In this document: positions 63,717 to 64,000 of the stretch, one piece after another
Layout: every line of letters starts with the position of its first letter
Numbering within the stretch: position 1 is the stretch's first letter
Assembly (NCBI GenBank): GCA_963710455.1
Contig: CAVQAG010000013.1
Location: 661,290-725,289 of the forward strand
Direction: 5' to 3'
Source: an uncultured delta proteobacterium
GTDB lineage: Bacteria > Desulfobacterota > Binatia > Binatales > Binataceae
DNA length: 64,000 bases
The notes under the pieces: generated by a model
The model's database searches: none
The model's input: the letters and a program-made list of their open reading frames with translations, nothing else
What the model was told of the DNA's origin: nothing
Translations under genes and position numbers: made by a program

Positions 63717-63768
63717 CTACATGTTGTGGATTGTGAGCCTCTCTTCGCCAATTGACCACAATATGTAG
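63717..63768. promoter_or_regulatory. 13-bp inverted repeat upstream of the minus-strand cassette
   Basis: CTACATGTTGTGG (63717-63729) and CCACAATATGTAG (63756-63768) are reverse complements with one mismatch, 26-nt spacer. Confidence 0.35.
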
Positions 63769-64000
63769 TATCAAAAACCTTAAAGGCGGTCAACGTTCGA
63801 CATCTCTGTTTTTCAAGGTTACGCCTTCTCGTTTGCTTTGCTATTTGGAACGGACTACTTTTTTGCGGAGCTCTTACGCGTCTTCGCACTGCAGAAAACG
63901 GGTAAATGAGCAGAACCTTCAGTTTTCTGGACAACAAACCGATGCGGAGCAGGAGCCTCCGGACATCACCACCTGAGAGCAGGCGTTTTAACACACCAAC

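Noticed and set aside
1-64000. Search for rRNA, tRNA, CRISPR arrays, reverse transcriptase/retron or integrase genes.
   Set aside because: I noticed no tRNA-like T-arm (GGTTCGAATCC-type) in the intergenic regions I read, no regularly spaced repeats, and no RT or tyrosine/serine recombinase motifs in the ORF track. The scan was by eye only, so small RNAs could have been missed.

Overview
High-GC bacterial chromosomal window, mostly housekeeping and catabolic genes. These include hisG-hisI; bcp; a metF-folE-rpiA-glycerate kinase-IDH run; rpmE-prfA-prmC-murA-hisD-hisB-hisA; glpK; an ADP-forming acyl-CoA synthetase; and an HpaB/LigAB aromatic cluster. Three visibly lower-GC accessory patches interrupt it. 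(1) About 5.5-6.85 kb: one secreted Cys-rich gene with lytic-transglycosylase-like motifs. (2) About 32.7-44.0 kb, straight after the hisA terminator: an island with two convergent operons of orphan Tad pseudopilin genes (TadE/TadF/TadG-like, one with a vWA domain). No Flp pilin, ATPase, platform, secretin or prepilin peptidase is visible. The island also holds an HTH/DUF2786 pair, an intact IS3-family element with a 3-bp target duplication, and a sigma-54 enhancer-binding protein whose receiver lacks the phospho-acceptor Asp. A roughly 110-bp relic of the 2-hydroxyacid dehydrogenase gene at the island's right edge lies inside it. (3) About 62-64 kb: a TIR-like (PF10137-type) protein next to a tightly coupled three-gene cassette of small unknown proteins. 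Also notable is an FHA / zinc-ribbon / Ser-Thr kinase / PHP module whose kinase lacks the beta3 lysine (WNK-like arrangement). Gene decay is conspicuous: a gutted adenylate cyclase, frameshifted TadE-like, gshA and GNAT genes, and two IS elements. I saw no rRNA, tRNA or CRISPR array. All family assignments come from reading the translations by eye and memory; no searches were run.
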